From the NCBI GenBank assembly GCA_964016885.1, contig OZ024753.1:22816001-22880000 (forward strand): 64,000 bases of DNA, read 5' to 3'. The notes beneath the pieces are model-generated. The model made no database searches, had not been told where the DNA came from, and saw nothing but the letters and a program-made list of their open reading frames with translations. The stretch's first letter is position 1. Every line of letters begins with the position of its first letter. Below, one piece after another: positions 13,676 through 26,009 of the stretch. Made by a program: the position numbers and the translations under genes. The DNA is from Eledone cirrhosa (taxonomy: Eukaryota).

Positions 13676-16600
13676 TGGGTGGTGTTGATTGTCGTGTTGT
13701 TGGTGGTGGAGGTGGTGTTGGTGTTGACTGTCGTGTTGTTGGTGGTGGAGGTGGTGTTGGTGTTGACTGTCGTGTTGGTGGTGGTGGAGGTGGTGTTGGT
13801 GTTGACTGTCGTGTTGTTGGTGGTGGAGGTGGTGTTGGTGTTGACTGTCATGTTGGTGGTGGTGGAGGTGGTGTTGGTGTTGACTCTCGTGTTGGTGGTG
13901 GTGGAGGTGGTGTTGGTGTTGACTGTCGTGTTGGTGGTGGTGGAGGTGGTGTTGGTATTGACTGTCGTGTTGTTGGTGGTGGGGGTGGTGTTCGTGTTGA
14001 TTGTCGTGTTGTTGGTGGTGGAGGTGGTGTTGGTGTTGACTGTCGTGTTCTTGGTGGTGGTGTTGGTGTTGACTGTCGTGTTGATGGTGGTGGAGGTGGT
14101 GTTGGTGTTGACTGTCGTGTTGTTGGTGGTGGAGGTGGTGTTGGTGTTGACTGTCGTGTTGGTTGTGGTGGAGGTGGTGTTGGTGTTGACTGTCGTGTTC
14201 TTGGTGGTGGTGTTGGTGTTGACTGTCGTGTTGATGGTGGTGGAGGTGGTGTTGGTGTTGACTGTCGTGTTGTTGGTGGTGGAGGTGGTGTTGGTGTTGA
14301 CTGTCGTGTTGGTTGTGGTGGTGGTGGTGTTGGTGTTGACTGTTGTGTTGGTGGTGGTGGGGGTGGTGTCGTAGTTGACTGTCGTGTTGTTGGTGGTGGA
14401 GTTGGTGTTGGTGTTGACTGTCGTGTTGTTGGTGGTGGTGGTGGTGTTGGTGTTTACTGTCGTGTTGTTGTTGGTGGTGGTGGTGTTGGTGTTGACTGTT
14501 GTGTTGGTGGTGGTGGAGGTGGTGTCGTAGTTGACTGTCGTGTTGGTGGTGGTGGAGGAGGTGTTGGTGTTGACTGTCGTGTTGTTGGTGGTGGTGGTGG
14601 TGTTGGTGTTGACTGTCGTGTTGTTGTTGGTGGTGGTGGTGTTGGTGTTGTGTGTTGTGTTGGTGGTGGTGGAGGTGGTGTCGTAGTTAACTGTCGTGTT
14701 GTTGGTGGTGGAGGTGGTGTTGGTGTCGACTGCGTGTTGGTGGTGGAGGAGGTGTTGGTGTTGACTGTCTTGTTGTTGGTGGTGGTGGTGTTGGTGTTGA
14801 CTGTCGTGTTGTTGGTGGTGGTGGAGGTGGTGTTGGTGTTGACTGTCGTGTTGGTGGTGGTGGAGGTGGTGTTGGTGTTGACTGTCGTGTTGTTGGTGGT
14901 GGGGGTGGTGTTCGTGTTGATTGTCGTGTTGTTGGTGGTGGAGGTGGTGTTGGTGTTGACTGTCGTGTTGTTGGTGGTGGTGTTGGTGTTGACTGTCGTG
15001 TTGATGGTGGTGGAGGTGGTGTTGGTGTTGACTGTCGTGTTGTTGGTGGTGGAGGTGGTGTTGGTGTTGACTGTCGTGTTGTTAGTGGTGGTGTTGGTGT
15101 TGACTGTCGTGTTGATGGTGGTGGAGGTGGTGTTGGTGTTGACTGTCGTGTTGTTGGTGGTGGAGGTGCTGTTGGTGTTGACTGTCGTGTTGGTGGTGGT
15201 GGAGGTGGTGTTGGTGTTGACTGTCGTGTTGTTGTTGGTGGTGGTGGTGTTGGTGTTGACTGTTGTGTTGGTAGTGGTGGAGGTGGTGTTGGTGTTGACT
15301 GTTGTGTTGGTGGTGGTGGAGGTGGTGTCGTAGTTGACTGTCGTGTTGTTGGTGGTGGTGGTGGTGTTGGTGTTTACTGTCGTGTTGTTGTTGGTGGTGG
15401 TGGTGTTGGTGTTGACTGTTGTGTTGGTGGTGGTGGAGGTGGTGTCGTAGTTGACTGTCGTGTTGGTGGTGGTGGAGGAGGTGTTGGTGTTGACTGTCGT
15501 GTTGTTGGTGGTGTAGGTGGTGTTGGTGTTGACTGTCGTATTGTTGGTGGTGGAGGTGGTGTTGGTGTTGACTGTCGTGTTGTTGTTGGTGGTGGTGGTG
15601 TTGGTGTTGACTGTTGTGTTGGTGGTGGTGGAGGTGGTGTCGTAGTTGACTGTCGTGTTGTTGGTGGAGGAGGTGGTGTTGGTGTTGACTGTCGTGTTGT
15701 TGGTGGTGGAGGTGGTGTTGGTGTTGACTGTCGTGTTGGTGGTGGAGGAGGTGTTGGTGTTGACTGTCGTGTTGGTGGTGGAGGAGGTGTTGGTGTTGAC
15801 TGTCGTGTTGTTGGTGGTGGTGGTGGTGTTGGTGTTGACTGTCGTGTTGTTGTTGGTGGTGGTGGTGTTGGTGTTGAGTGTTGTGTTGGTGGTGGTGGAG
15901 GTTGTGTCGTAGTTGACTGTCGTGTTGTTGGTGGAGGAGGTGGTGTTGGTGTTGACTGTCGTGTTGTTGGTGGTGGAGGTGGTGTTGGTGTTGACTGTCG
16001 TGTTGTTGGTGGTGGAGGTGGTGTTGGTGTTGACTGTCGTGTTGTTGTTGGTGGTGGTGGTGTTGGTGTTGACTGTTGTGTTGGTAGTGGTGGAGGTGGT
16101 GTTGGTGTTGACTGTTGTGTTGGTGGTGGTGGAGGTGGTGTCGTAGTTGACTGTCGTGTTGTTGGTGGTGGTGGTGGTGTTGGTGTTTAATGTCGTGTTG
16201 TTGTTGGTGGTGGTGGTGTTGGTGTTGACTGTTGTGTTGTTGGTGGTGGAGGTGGTGTCGTAGTTGACTGTCGTGTAGGTGGTGGTGGAGGTGGTGTTGG
16301 TGTTGACAGTCGTGTTGTTGGTGGTGGTGGTGGTGTTGGTGTTGACTGTCGTGTTGTTGTTGGTGGTGGTGGTGTTGGTGTTGACTGTCGTGTTGTTGTT
16401 GGTGGTGGTGGTGTTGGTGTTGAGTGTTGTGTTGGTGGTGGTGGAGGAGGTGTTGGTGTTGACTGTCGTGTTGTTGGTGGTGGTGGTGTTGTTGGTGTTG
16501 ACTGTCGTGTTGTTGTTGGTGGTGGTGGTGTTGGTGTTGAGTGTTGTGTTGGTGGTGGTGGAGGTGGTGTCGTAGTTAACTGTCGTGTTGTTGGTGGTGG

Positions 16601-19600
16601 AGGTGGTGTTGGTGTCGACTGCGTGTTGGTGGTGGAGGAGGTGTTGGTGTTGACTGTCTTGTTGTTGGTGGTGGTGGTGTTGGTGTTGACTGTCGTGTTG
16701 TTGGTGGTGGAGGTGGTGTTGGTGTTGACTGTCGTGTTGTTGTTGGTGGAGGTGGTGTTGGTGTTGACTGTCGTGTTGTTGGTGGTGGAGGTGGTGTTGG
16801 TGTTGACTGTCGTGTTGTTGGTGGTGGAGGTGGTGTTGGTGTTGACTGTCGTGTTGTTGGTGGTGGAGGTGGTGTTGGTGTTGACTGTCGTGTTGTTGGT
16901 GGTGGAGGTGGTGTTGGTGTTGACTGTCGTGGAGGTGGTGGAGGTGGTGTTGGTGTTGACTGTCGTGTTGATGGTGGTGGAGGTGGTGTTGGTGTTGACT
17001 GTCGTGTTGGTGGTGGTGGAGTTGGTGTTGGTGTTGACTGTCGTGGAGGTGGTGGAGGTGGTGTTGGTGTTGACTGTCGTGTTGTTGGTGGTGGAGGTGG
17101 TGTTGGTGTTGACTGTCGTGTTGTTGGTGGTGGAGGTGGTGTTGGTGTTGACTGTCGTGTTGTTGGTGGTGGAGGTGGTGTTGGTGTTGACTGTCGTGGA
17201 GGTGGTGGAGGTGGTGTTGGTGTTGACTGTCGTGTTGGTGGTGGTGGAGTTGGTGTTGGTGTTGACTGTCGTGTTGTTGGTGGTGGAGGTGGTGTTGGTG
17301 TTGACTGTCGTGTTGTTGGTGGTGGAGGTGGTGTTGGTGTTGACTGTCGTGGAGGTGGTGGAGGTGGTGTTGGTGTTGACTGTCGTGTTGATGGTGGTGG
17401 AGGTGGTGTTGGTGTTGACTGTCGTGTTGGTGGTGGTGGAGTTGGTGTTGGTGTTGACTGTCGTGGAGGTGGTGGAGGTGGTGTTGGTGTTGACTGTCGT
17501 GTTGTTGGTGGTGGAGGTGGTGTTGGTGTTGACTGTCGTGTTGTTGGTGGTGGAGGTGGTGTTGGTGTTGACTGTCGTGTTGTTGGTGGTGGAGGTGGTG
17601 TTGGTGTTGACTGTCGTGGAGGTGGTGGAGGTGGTGTTGGTGTTGACTGTCGTGTTGGTTGTGGTGGAGTTGGTGTTGGTGTTGACTGTCGTGTTGATGG
17701 TGGTGGAGGTGGTGTTGGTGTTGACTGTCGTGTTGTTGTTGGTGGGGGTGGTGTTGGTGTTGACTGTTGTGTTGGTGGTGGTGGAGGTGGTGTCGTAGTT
17801 GACTGTCGTGTTGTTGGTGGTGGTGTTGGTGTTGGTGTTGACTGTCGTGTTGTTGATGGTGGTGGTGGTGTTGGTGTTGACTGTCGTGTTGTTGTTGGTG
17901 GTGGTGGTGTTGGTGTTGACTGTTGTGTTGGTGGTGGTGGAGGTGGTGTCGTAGTTGACTGTCGTGTTGGTGGTGGTGGAGGAGGTGTTGGTGTTGACTG
18001 TCGTGTTGTTGGAGGTGGCGGTGGTGTTGGTGTTGAGTGTTGTGTTGGTGGTGGTGGTGGAGGTGGTGTCGTAGTTAACTGTCGTGTTGTTGGTGGTGGA
18101 GGTGGTGTTGGTGTCGACTGCGTGTTGGTGGTGGAGGAGGTGTTGGTGTTGACTGTCGTGTTGTTGTTGGTGGTGGTGTTGGTGTTGACTGTCGTGTTGT
18201 TGGTGGTGGAGGTGGTGTTTGTGTTGACTGTCGTGTTGTTGTTGGTGGTGGTGTTGGTGTTGACTGTCGTGTTGGTGGTGGTGGAGGTGGTGTTGGTGTT
18301 AACTGTCGTGTTGTTGGTGGTGGAGGTGGTGTTGGTGTCGACTGCGTGTTGGTGGTGGAGGTGTTGTTGGTGTTGACTGTCGTGTTGTTGGTGGTGGAGG
18401 TGGTGTTGGTGTTGACTGTCGTGGAGGTGGTGGAGGTGGTGTTGGTGTTGACTGTCGTGTTGTTGGTGGTGGAGGCGGTGTTGGTGTTGACTGTCGTGTT
18501 GGTGGTGGTGGAGGTGGTGTTGGTGTTAACTGTCGTGTTGGTGGTGGTGGAGCTGGTGTTGGTGTTGACTGTCGTGTTGTTGGTGGTGGAGGTGGTGTTG
18601 GTGTTGACTGTCGTGTTGGTGGTGGTGGAGGTGGTGTTGGTGTTGACTGTCGTGTTGGTGGTGGTGGAGGTGGTGTTGGTGTTGACTGTCGTGTTGTTGG
18701 TGGTGGAGGTGGTGTTGGTGTTGGCTGTCGTGTTGGTGGTGGTGGAGGTGGTGTTGGTGTTGACTGTCGTGTTGTTGGTGGTGGAGGTGGTGTTGGTGTT
18801 GACTATCGTGTTGGTGGTGGTGGAGGTGGTGTTGGTGTTGACTGTCGTGTTGGTGGTGGTGGAGGTGGTGTTGGTGTTGGCTGTCGTGTTGGTGGTGGTG
18901 GAGGTGGTGTTGGTGTTGACTGTCGTGTTGTTGGTGGTGGAGGTGGTGTTGGTGTTGACTGTCGTGTTGGTGGTGGTGGAGGTGGTGTTGGTGTTGACTG
19001 TCGTGTTGGTGGTGGTGGAGGTGGTGTTGGTGTTGGCTGTCGTGTTGGTGGTGGTGGAGGTGGTGTTGGTGTTGACTGTCGTGTTGTTGGTGGTGGAGGT
19101 GGTGTTGGTGTTGACTGTCGTGTTGGTGGTGGTGGAGGTGGTGTTGGTGTTGACTGTCGTGTTGGTGGTGGTGGAGGTGGTGTTGGTGTTGACTGTCGTG
19201 TTGTTGGTGGTGGAGGTGGTGTTGGTGTTGGCTGTCGTGTTGGTGGTGGTGGAGGTGGTGTTGGTGTTGACTGTCGTGTTGTTGGTGGTGGAGGTGGTGT
19301 TGGTGTTGACTGTCGTGTTGGTGGTGGTGGAGGTGGTGTTGGTGTTGACTGTCGTGTTGGTGGTGGTGGAGGTGGTGTTGCTGTTGACTGTCGTGTTGGT
19401 GGTGGTGGAGGTGGTGTTGGTGTTGACTGTCGTGTTGGTGGTGGTGGAGGTGGTGTTGGTGTTGACTGTCGTGTTGTTGGTGGTGGAGGTGGTGTTGGTG
19501 TTGGCTGTCGTGTTGGTGGTGGTGGAGGTGGTGTTGGTGTTGACTGTCGTGTTGTTGGTGGTGGAGGTGGTGTTGGTGTTGACTGTCGTGTTGGTGGTGG

Positions 19601-22257
19601 TGGAGGTGGTGTTGGTGTTGACTGTCGTGTTGGTGGTGGTGGAGGTGGTGTTGGTGTTGGCTGTAGTGTTGGTGGTGGTGGAGGTGGTGTTGGTGTTGAC
19701 TGTCGTGTTGTTGGTGGTGGAGGTGGTGTTGGTGTTGACTGTCGTGTTGGTGGTGGTGGAGGTGGTGTTGGTGTTGACTGTCGTGTTGGTGGTGGTGGAG
19801 GTGGTGTTGGTGTTGGCTGTCGTGTTGGTGGTGGTGGAGGTGGTGTTGGTGTTGACTGTCGTGTTGTTGGTGGTGGAGGTGGTGTTGGTGTTGACTGTCG
19901 TGTTGGTGGTGGTGGAGGTGGTTTTGGTGTTGACTGTCGTGTTGGTGGTGGTGGAGGTGGTGTTGGTGTTGACTGTCGTGTTGTTGGTGGTGGAGGTGGG
20001 TGGTGTTGATTGTCGTGTTGTTGGTGGTGGAGGTGGTGTTGGTGTTGACTGTCGTGTTGTTGGTGGTGGAGGTGGTGTTGGTGTTGACTGTCGTGTTGGT
20101 GGTGGTGGAGGTGGTGTTGGTGTTGACTGTCGTGTTGTTGGTGGTGGAGGTGGTGTTGGTGTTGACTGTCATGTTGGTGGTGGTGGAGGTGGTGTTGGTG
20201 TTGACTCTCGTGTTGGTGGTGGTGGAGGTGGTGTTGGTGTTGACTGTCGTGTTGGTGGTGGTGGAGGTGGTGTTGGTATTGACTGTCGTGTTGTTGGTGG
20301 TGGGGGTGGTGTTCGTGTTGATTGTCGTGTTGTTGGTGGTGGAGGTGGTGTTGGTGTTGACTGTCGTGTTCTTGGTGGTGGTGTTGGTGTTGACTGTCGT
20401 GTTGATGGTGGTGGAGGTGGTGTTGGTGTTGACTGTCGTGTTGTTGGTGGTGGAGGTGGTGTTGGTGTTGACTGTCGTGTTGGTTGTGGTGGAGGTGGTG
20501 TTGGTGTTGACTGTCGTGTTCTTGGTGGTGGTGTTGGTGTTGACTGTCGTGTTGATGGTGGTGGAGGTGGTGTTGGTGTTGACTGTCGTGTTGTTGGTGG
20601 TGGAGGTGGTGTTGGTGTTGACTGTCGTGTTGGTTGTGGTGGTGGTGGTGTTGGTGTTGACTGTTGTGTTGGTGGTGGTGGGGGTGGTGTCGTAGTTGAC
20701 TGTCGTGTTGTTGGTGGTGGAGTTGGTGTTGGTGTTGACTGTCGTGTTGTTGGTGGTGGTGGTGGTGTTGGTGTTTACTGTCGTGTTGTTGTTGGTGGTG
20801 GTGGTGTTGGTGTTGACTGTTGTGTTGGTGGTGGTGGAGGTGGTGTCGTAGTTGACTGTCGTGTTGGTGGTGGTGGAGGAGGTGTTGGTGTTGACTGTCG
20901 TGTTGTTGGTGGTGGTGGTGGTGTTGGTGTTGACTGTCGTGTTGTTGTTGGTGGTGGTGGTGTTGGTGTTGTGTGTTGTGTTGGTGGTGGTGGAGGTGGT
21001 GTCGTAGTTAACTGTCGTGTTGTTGGTGGTGGAGGTGGTGTTGGTGTCGACTGCGTGTTGGTGGTGGAGGAGGTGTTGGTGTTGACTGTCTTGTTGTTGG
21101 TGGTGGTGGTGTTGGTGTTGACTGTCGTGTTGTTGGTGGTGGTGGAGGTGGTGTTGGTGTTGACTGTCGTGTTGGTGGTGGTGGAGGTGGTGTTGGTGTT
21201 GACTGTCGTGTTGTTGGTGGTGGGGGTGGTGTTCGTGTTGATTGTCGTGTTGTTGGTGGTGGAGGTGGTGTTGGTGTTGACTGTCGTGTTGTTGGTGGTG
21301 GTGTTGGTGTTGACTGTCGTGTTGATGGTGGTGGAGGTGGTGTTGGTGTTGACTGTCGTGTTGTTGGTGGTGGAGGTGGTGTTGGTGTTGACTGTCGTGT
21401 TGTTAGTGGTGGTGTTGGTGTTGACTGTCGTGTTGATGGTGGTGGAGGTGGTGTTGGTGTTGACTGTCGTGTTGTTGGTGGTGGAGGTGCTGTTGGTGTT
21501 GACTGTCGTGTTGGTGGTGGTGGAGGTGGTGTTGGTGTTGACTGTCGTGTTGTTGTTGGTGGTGGTGGTGTTGGTGTTGACTGTTGTGTTGGTAGTGGTG
21601 GAGGTGGTGTTGGTGTTGACTGTTGTGTTGGTGGTGGTGGAGGTGGTGTCGTAGTTGACTGTCGTGTTGTTGGTGGTGGTGGTGGTGTTGGTGTTTACTG
21701 TCGTGTTGTTGTTGGTGGTGGTGGTGTTGGTGTTGACTGTTGTGTTGGTGGTGGTGGAGGTGGTGTCGTAGTTGACTGTCGTGTTGGTGGTGGTGGAGGA
21801 GGTGTTGGTGTTGACTGTCGTGTTGTTGGTGGTGTAGGTGGTGTTGGTGTTGACTGTCGTATTGTTGGTGGTGGAGGTGGTGTTGGTGTTGACTGTCGTG
21901 TTGTTGTTGGTGGTGGTGGTGTTGGTGTTGACTGTTGTGTTGGTGGTGGTGGAGGTGGTGTCGTAGTTGACTGTCGTGTTGTTGGTGGAGGAGGTGGTGT
22001 TGGTGTTGACTGTCGTGTTGTTGGTGGTGGAGGTGGTGTTGGTGTTGACTGTCGTGTTGGTGGTGGAGGAGGTGTTGGTGTTGACTGTCGTGTTGGTGGT
22101 GGAGGAGGTGTTGGTGTTGACTGTCGTGTTGTTGGTGGTGGTGGTGGTGTTGGTGTTGACTGTCGTGTTGTTGTTGGTGGTGGTGGTGTTGGTGTTGAGT
22201 GTTGTGTTGGTGGTGGTGGAGGTTGTGTCGTAGTTGACTGTCGTGTTGTTGGTGGAG

Positions 22258-25200
22258 GAGGTGGTGTTGGTGTTGACTGTCGTGTTGTTGGTGGTGGAGG
22301 TGGTGTTGGTGTTGACTGTCGTGTTGTTGGTGGTGGAGGTGGTGTTGGTGTTGACTGTCGTGGAGGTGGTGGAGGTGGTGTTGGTGTTGACTGTCGTGTT
22401 GATGGTGGTGGAGGTGGTGTTGGTGTTGACTGTCGTGTTGGTGGTGGTGGAGTTGGTGTTGGTGTTGACTGTCGTGTTGGTGGTGGTGGAGGTGGTGTTG
22501 GTGTTGACTGTCGTGTTGTTGTTGGTGGGGGTGGTGTTGGTGTTGACTGTTGTGTTGGTGGTGGTGGTGGTGTTGGTGTTGACTGTTGTGTTGGTGGTGG
22601 TGGAGGTGGTGTCGTAGTTGACTGTCGTGTTGGTGGTGGTGGAGGAGGTGTTGGTGTTGACTGTCGTGTTGTTGGTGGTGGCGGTGGTGTTGGTGTTGAG
22701 TGTTGTGTTGGTGGTGGTGGAGGTGGTGTCGTAGTTAACTGTCGTGTTGTTGGTGGTGGAGGTGGTGTTGGTGTCGACTGCGTGTTGGTGGTGGAGGAGG
22801 TGTTGGTGTTGACTGTCGTGTTGTTGGTGGTGGAGGTCGTGTTGGTGTTGACTGTCGTGTTGTTGGTGGTGGAGGTGGTGTTGGTGTTGACTGTCGTGGA
22901 GGTGGTGGTGGTGGTGTTGGTGTTGACTGTCGTGTTGTTGTTGGTGGTGTTGGTGTTGGTGTTGACTGTCGTGTTGGTGGTGGTGGAGGTGGTGTTGGTG
23001 TTGACTGTCGTGTTGGTGGTGGAGGAGGTGTTGGTGTTGACTGCCGTGTTGTTGGTGGTGGAGGTCGTGTTGGTGTTGACTGTCGTGTTGGTGGTGGTGG
23101 AGGAGGTGTTGGTGTTGACTGTCGTGTTGTTGGTGGTGGCGGTGGTGTTGGTGTTGAGTGTTGTGTTGTTGTTGGTGGTGGTGTTGGTGTTGACTGTCGT
23201 GTTGTTGGTGGTGGCGGTGGTGTTGGTGTTGAGTGTTGTGTTGTTGTTGGTGGTGGTGTTGGTGTTGACTGTCGTGTTGTTGGTGGTGGAGGTGGTGTTG
23301 GTGTTGAGTGTTGTGTTGTTGTTGGTGGTGGTGTTGGTGTTGACTGTCGTGTTGTTGGTGGTGGCGGTGGTGTTGGTGTTGAGTGTTGTGTTGTTGTTGG
23401 TGGTGGTGTTGGTGTTGACTGTCGTGTTGTTGGTGGTGGAGGTGGTGTTGGTGTTGACTGCCGTGTTGGTGGTGGTGGAGGTGGTGTTGGTGTTAACTGT
23501 CGTGTTGGTGGTGGTGGAGGTGGTGTTGGTGTTGACTGTCGTGGAGGTGGTGGAGGTGGTGTTGGTGTTGACTGTCGTGTTGTTGGTGGTGGAGGCGGTG
23601 TTAGTGTTGACTGTCGTGTTGTTGTTGTTGGTGGTGGTGTTGGTGTTGACTGTCGTGTTGGTGGTGGTGGAGGTGGTGTTGGTGTTGACTGTCGTGTTGT
23701 TGTTGGTGGTGGTGTTGGTGTTGACTGTCGTGTTGGTGGTGGTGGAGGTGGTGTTGGTGTTAACTGTCGTGTTGGTGGTGGTGGAGGTGGTGTTGGTGTT
23801 GACTGTCGTGTTGTTGGTGGTGGAGGTGGTGTTGGTGTTGACTGTCGTGTTGGTGGTGGTGGAGGAGGTGTTGGTGTTGACTGTCGTGTTGTTGTTGGTG
23901 GTGGTGTTGGTGTTGACTGTCGTGTTGGTGGTGGTGGAGGTGGTGTTGGTGTTAACTGTCGTGTTGGTGGTGGTGGAGGTGGTGTTGGTGTTGACTGTCG
24001 TGTTGGTGGTGGTGGAGGTGGTGTTGGTGTTGGCTGTCGTGTTGGTGGTGGTGGAGGTGGTGTTGGTGTTGACTGTCGTGTTGTTGGTGGTGGAGGTGGT
24101 GTTGGTGTTGACTGTCGTGTTGTTGGTGGTGGAGGTGGTGTTGGTGTTGACTGTCGTGGAGGTGGTGGAGGTGGTGTTGGTGTTGACTGTCGTGTTGATG
24201 GTGGTGGAGGTGGTGTTGGTGTTGACTGTCGTGTTGGTGGTGGTGGAGTTGGTGTTGGTGTTGACTGTCGTGTTGGTGGTGGTGGAGGTGGTGTTGGTGT
24301 TGACTGTCGTGTTGTTGTTGGTGGGGGTGGTGTTGGTGTTGACTGTTGTGTTGGTGGTGGTGGTGGTGTTGGTGTTGACTGTTGTGTTGGTGGTGGTGGA
24401 GGTGGTGTCGTAGTTGACTGTCGTGTTGGTGGTGGTGGAGGAGGTGTTGGTGTTGACTGTCGTGTTGTTGGTGGTGGCGGTGGTGTTGGTGTTGAGTGTT
24501 GTGTTGGTGGTGGTGGAGGTGGTGTCGTAGTTAACTGTCGTGTTGTTGGTGGTGGAGGTGGTGTTGGTGTCGACTGCGTGTTGGTGGTGGAGGAGGTGTT
24601 GGTGTTGACTGTCGTGTTGTTGGTGGTGGAGGTCGTGTTGGTGTTGACTGTCGTGTTGTTGGTGGTGGAGGTGGTGTTGGTGTTGACTGTCGTGGAGGTG
24701 GTGGTGGTGGTGTTGGTGTTGACTGTCGTGTTGTTGTTGGTGGTGGTGGTGTTGGTGTTGACTGTCGTGTTGGTGGTGGTGGAGGTGGTGTTGGTGTTGA
24801 CTGTCGTGTTGGTGGTGGAGGAGGTGTTGGTGTTGACTGCCGTGTTGTTGGTGGTGGAGGTCGTGTTGGTGTTGACTGTCGTGTTGGTGGTGGTGGAGGA
24901 GGTGTTGGTGTTGACTGTCGTGTTGTTGGTGGTGGCGGTGGTGTTGGTGTTGAGTGTTGTGTTGTTGTTGGTGGTGGTGTTGGTGTTGACTGTCGTGTTG
25001 TTGGTGGTGGCGGTGGTGTTGGTGTTGAGTGTTGTGTTGTTGTTGGTGGTGGTGTTGGTGTTGACTGTCGTGTTGTTGGTGGTGGAGGTGGTGTTGGTGT
25101 TGAGTGTTGTGTTGTTGTTGGTGGTGGTGTTGGTGTTGACTGTCGTGTTGTTGGTGGTGGCGGTGGTGTTGGTGTTGAGTGTTGTGTTGTTGTTGGTGGT

Positions 25201-25850
25201 GGTGTTGGTGTTGACTGTCGTGTTGTTGGTGGTGGAGGTGGTGTTGGTGTTGACTGTCGTGTTGGTGGTGGTGGAGGTGGTGTTGGTGTTAACTGTCGTG
25301 TTGGTGGTGGTGGAGGTGGTGTTGGTGTTGACTGTCGTGGAGGTGGTGGAGGTGGTGTTGGTGTTGACTGTCGTGTTGTTGGTGGTGGAGGCGGTGTTGG
25401 TGTTGACTGTCGTGTTGTTGTTGGTGGTGGTGTTGGTGTTGACTGTCGTGTTGGTGGTGGTGGAGGTGGTGTTGGTGTTGACTGTCGTGTTGTTGTTGGT
25501 GGTGGTGTTGGTGTTGACTGTCGTGTTGGTGGTGGTGGAGGTGGTGTTGGTGTTAACTGTCGTGTCGGTGGTGGTGGAGGTGGTGTTGGTGTTGACTGTC
25601 GTGTTGTTGGTGGTGGAGGTGGTGTTGGTGTTGACTGTCGTGTTGGTGGTGGTGGAGGAGGTGTTGGTGTTGACTGTCGTGTTGTTGTTGGTGGTGGTGT
25701 TGGTGTTGACTGTCGTGTTGGTGGTGGTGGAGGTGGTGTTGGTGTTAACTGTCGTGTTGGTGGTGGTGGAGGTGGTGTTGGTGTTGACTGTCGTGTTGGT
25801 GGTGGTGGAGGTGGTGTTGGTGTTTGCTGTCGTGTTGGTGGTGGTGGAGG
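22258..25850. repeat. ~1796-bp tandem duplication (~22258-24053 and ~24054-25850) with a few differences
   Basis: ORFs 22782/24578 and stop positions 22617/24413 are offset by 1796. GGAGGTCGT, ACTGCCGT and the GGCGGT/GAGTG dimer run are shared. The copies differ at several sites (e.g. TTAGTG ~23601 vs TTGGTG) and by a 3-bp indel. Confidence 0.92.
23115..23415. repeat. 75-bp dimer (39+36) higher-order repeat x4 (second instance ~24910-25210)
   Basis: The GAGTGTTGT variant occurs at 23156, 23231, 23306 and 23381 (75-bp spacing), alternating with GGC/GGA 39-mers. Confidence 0.9.
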
Positions 25851-26009
25851 TGGTGTTGGTGTTGACTGTCGTGTTGGTGGTGGTGGAGGTGGTGTTGGTG
25901 TTGACTGTCGTGTTGGTGGTGGTGGAGGTGGTGTTGGTGTTGACTGTCGTGTTGTTGGTGGTGGAGGTGGTGTTGGTGTTGGCTGTCGTGTTGGTGGTGG
26001 TGAAGGTGG

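Larger units (their letters stand above)
9723..22362. repeat. 6321-bp near-perfect tandem duplication (~9723-16043 and ~16044-22362)
   Basis: Paired ORF starts at an exact offset of 6321: 9958/16279, 10302/16623, 11801/18122, 12025/18346, 13679/20000, 15646/21967, 15913/22234. Private variants TTTAATGTC, GTGTAGG, CTGTAGTG and GGTGGGTGG are shared. One difference was noticed (T11237 vs G17558). Confidence 0.97.
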
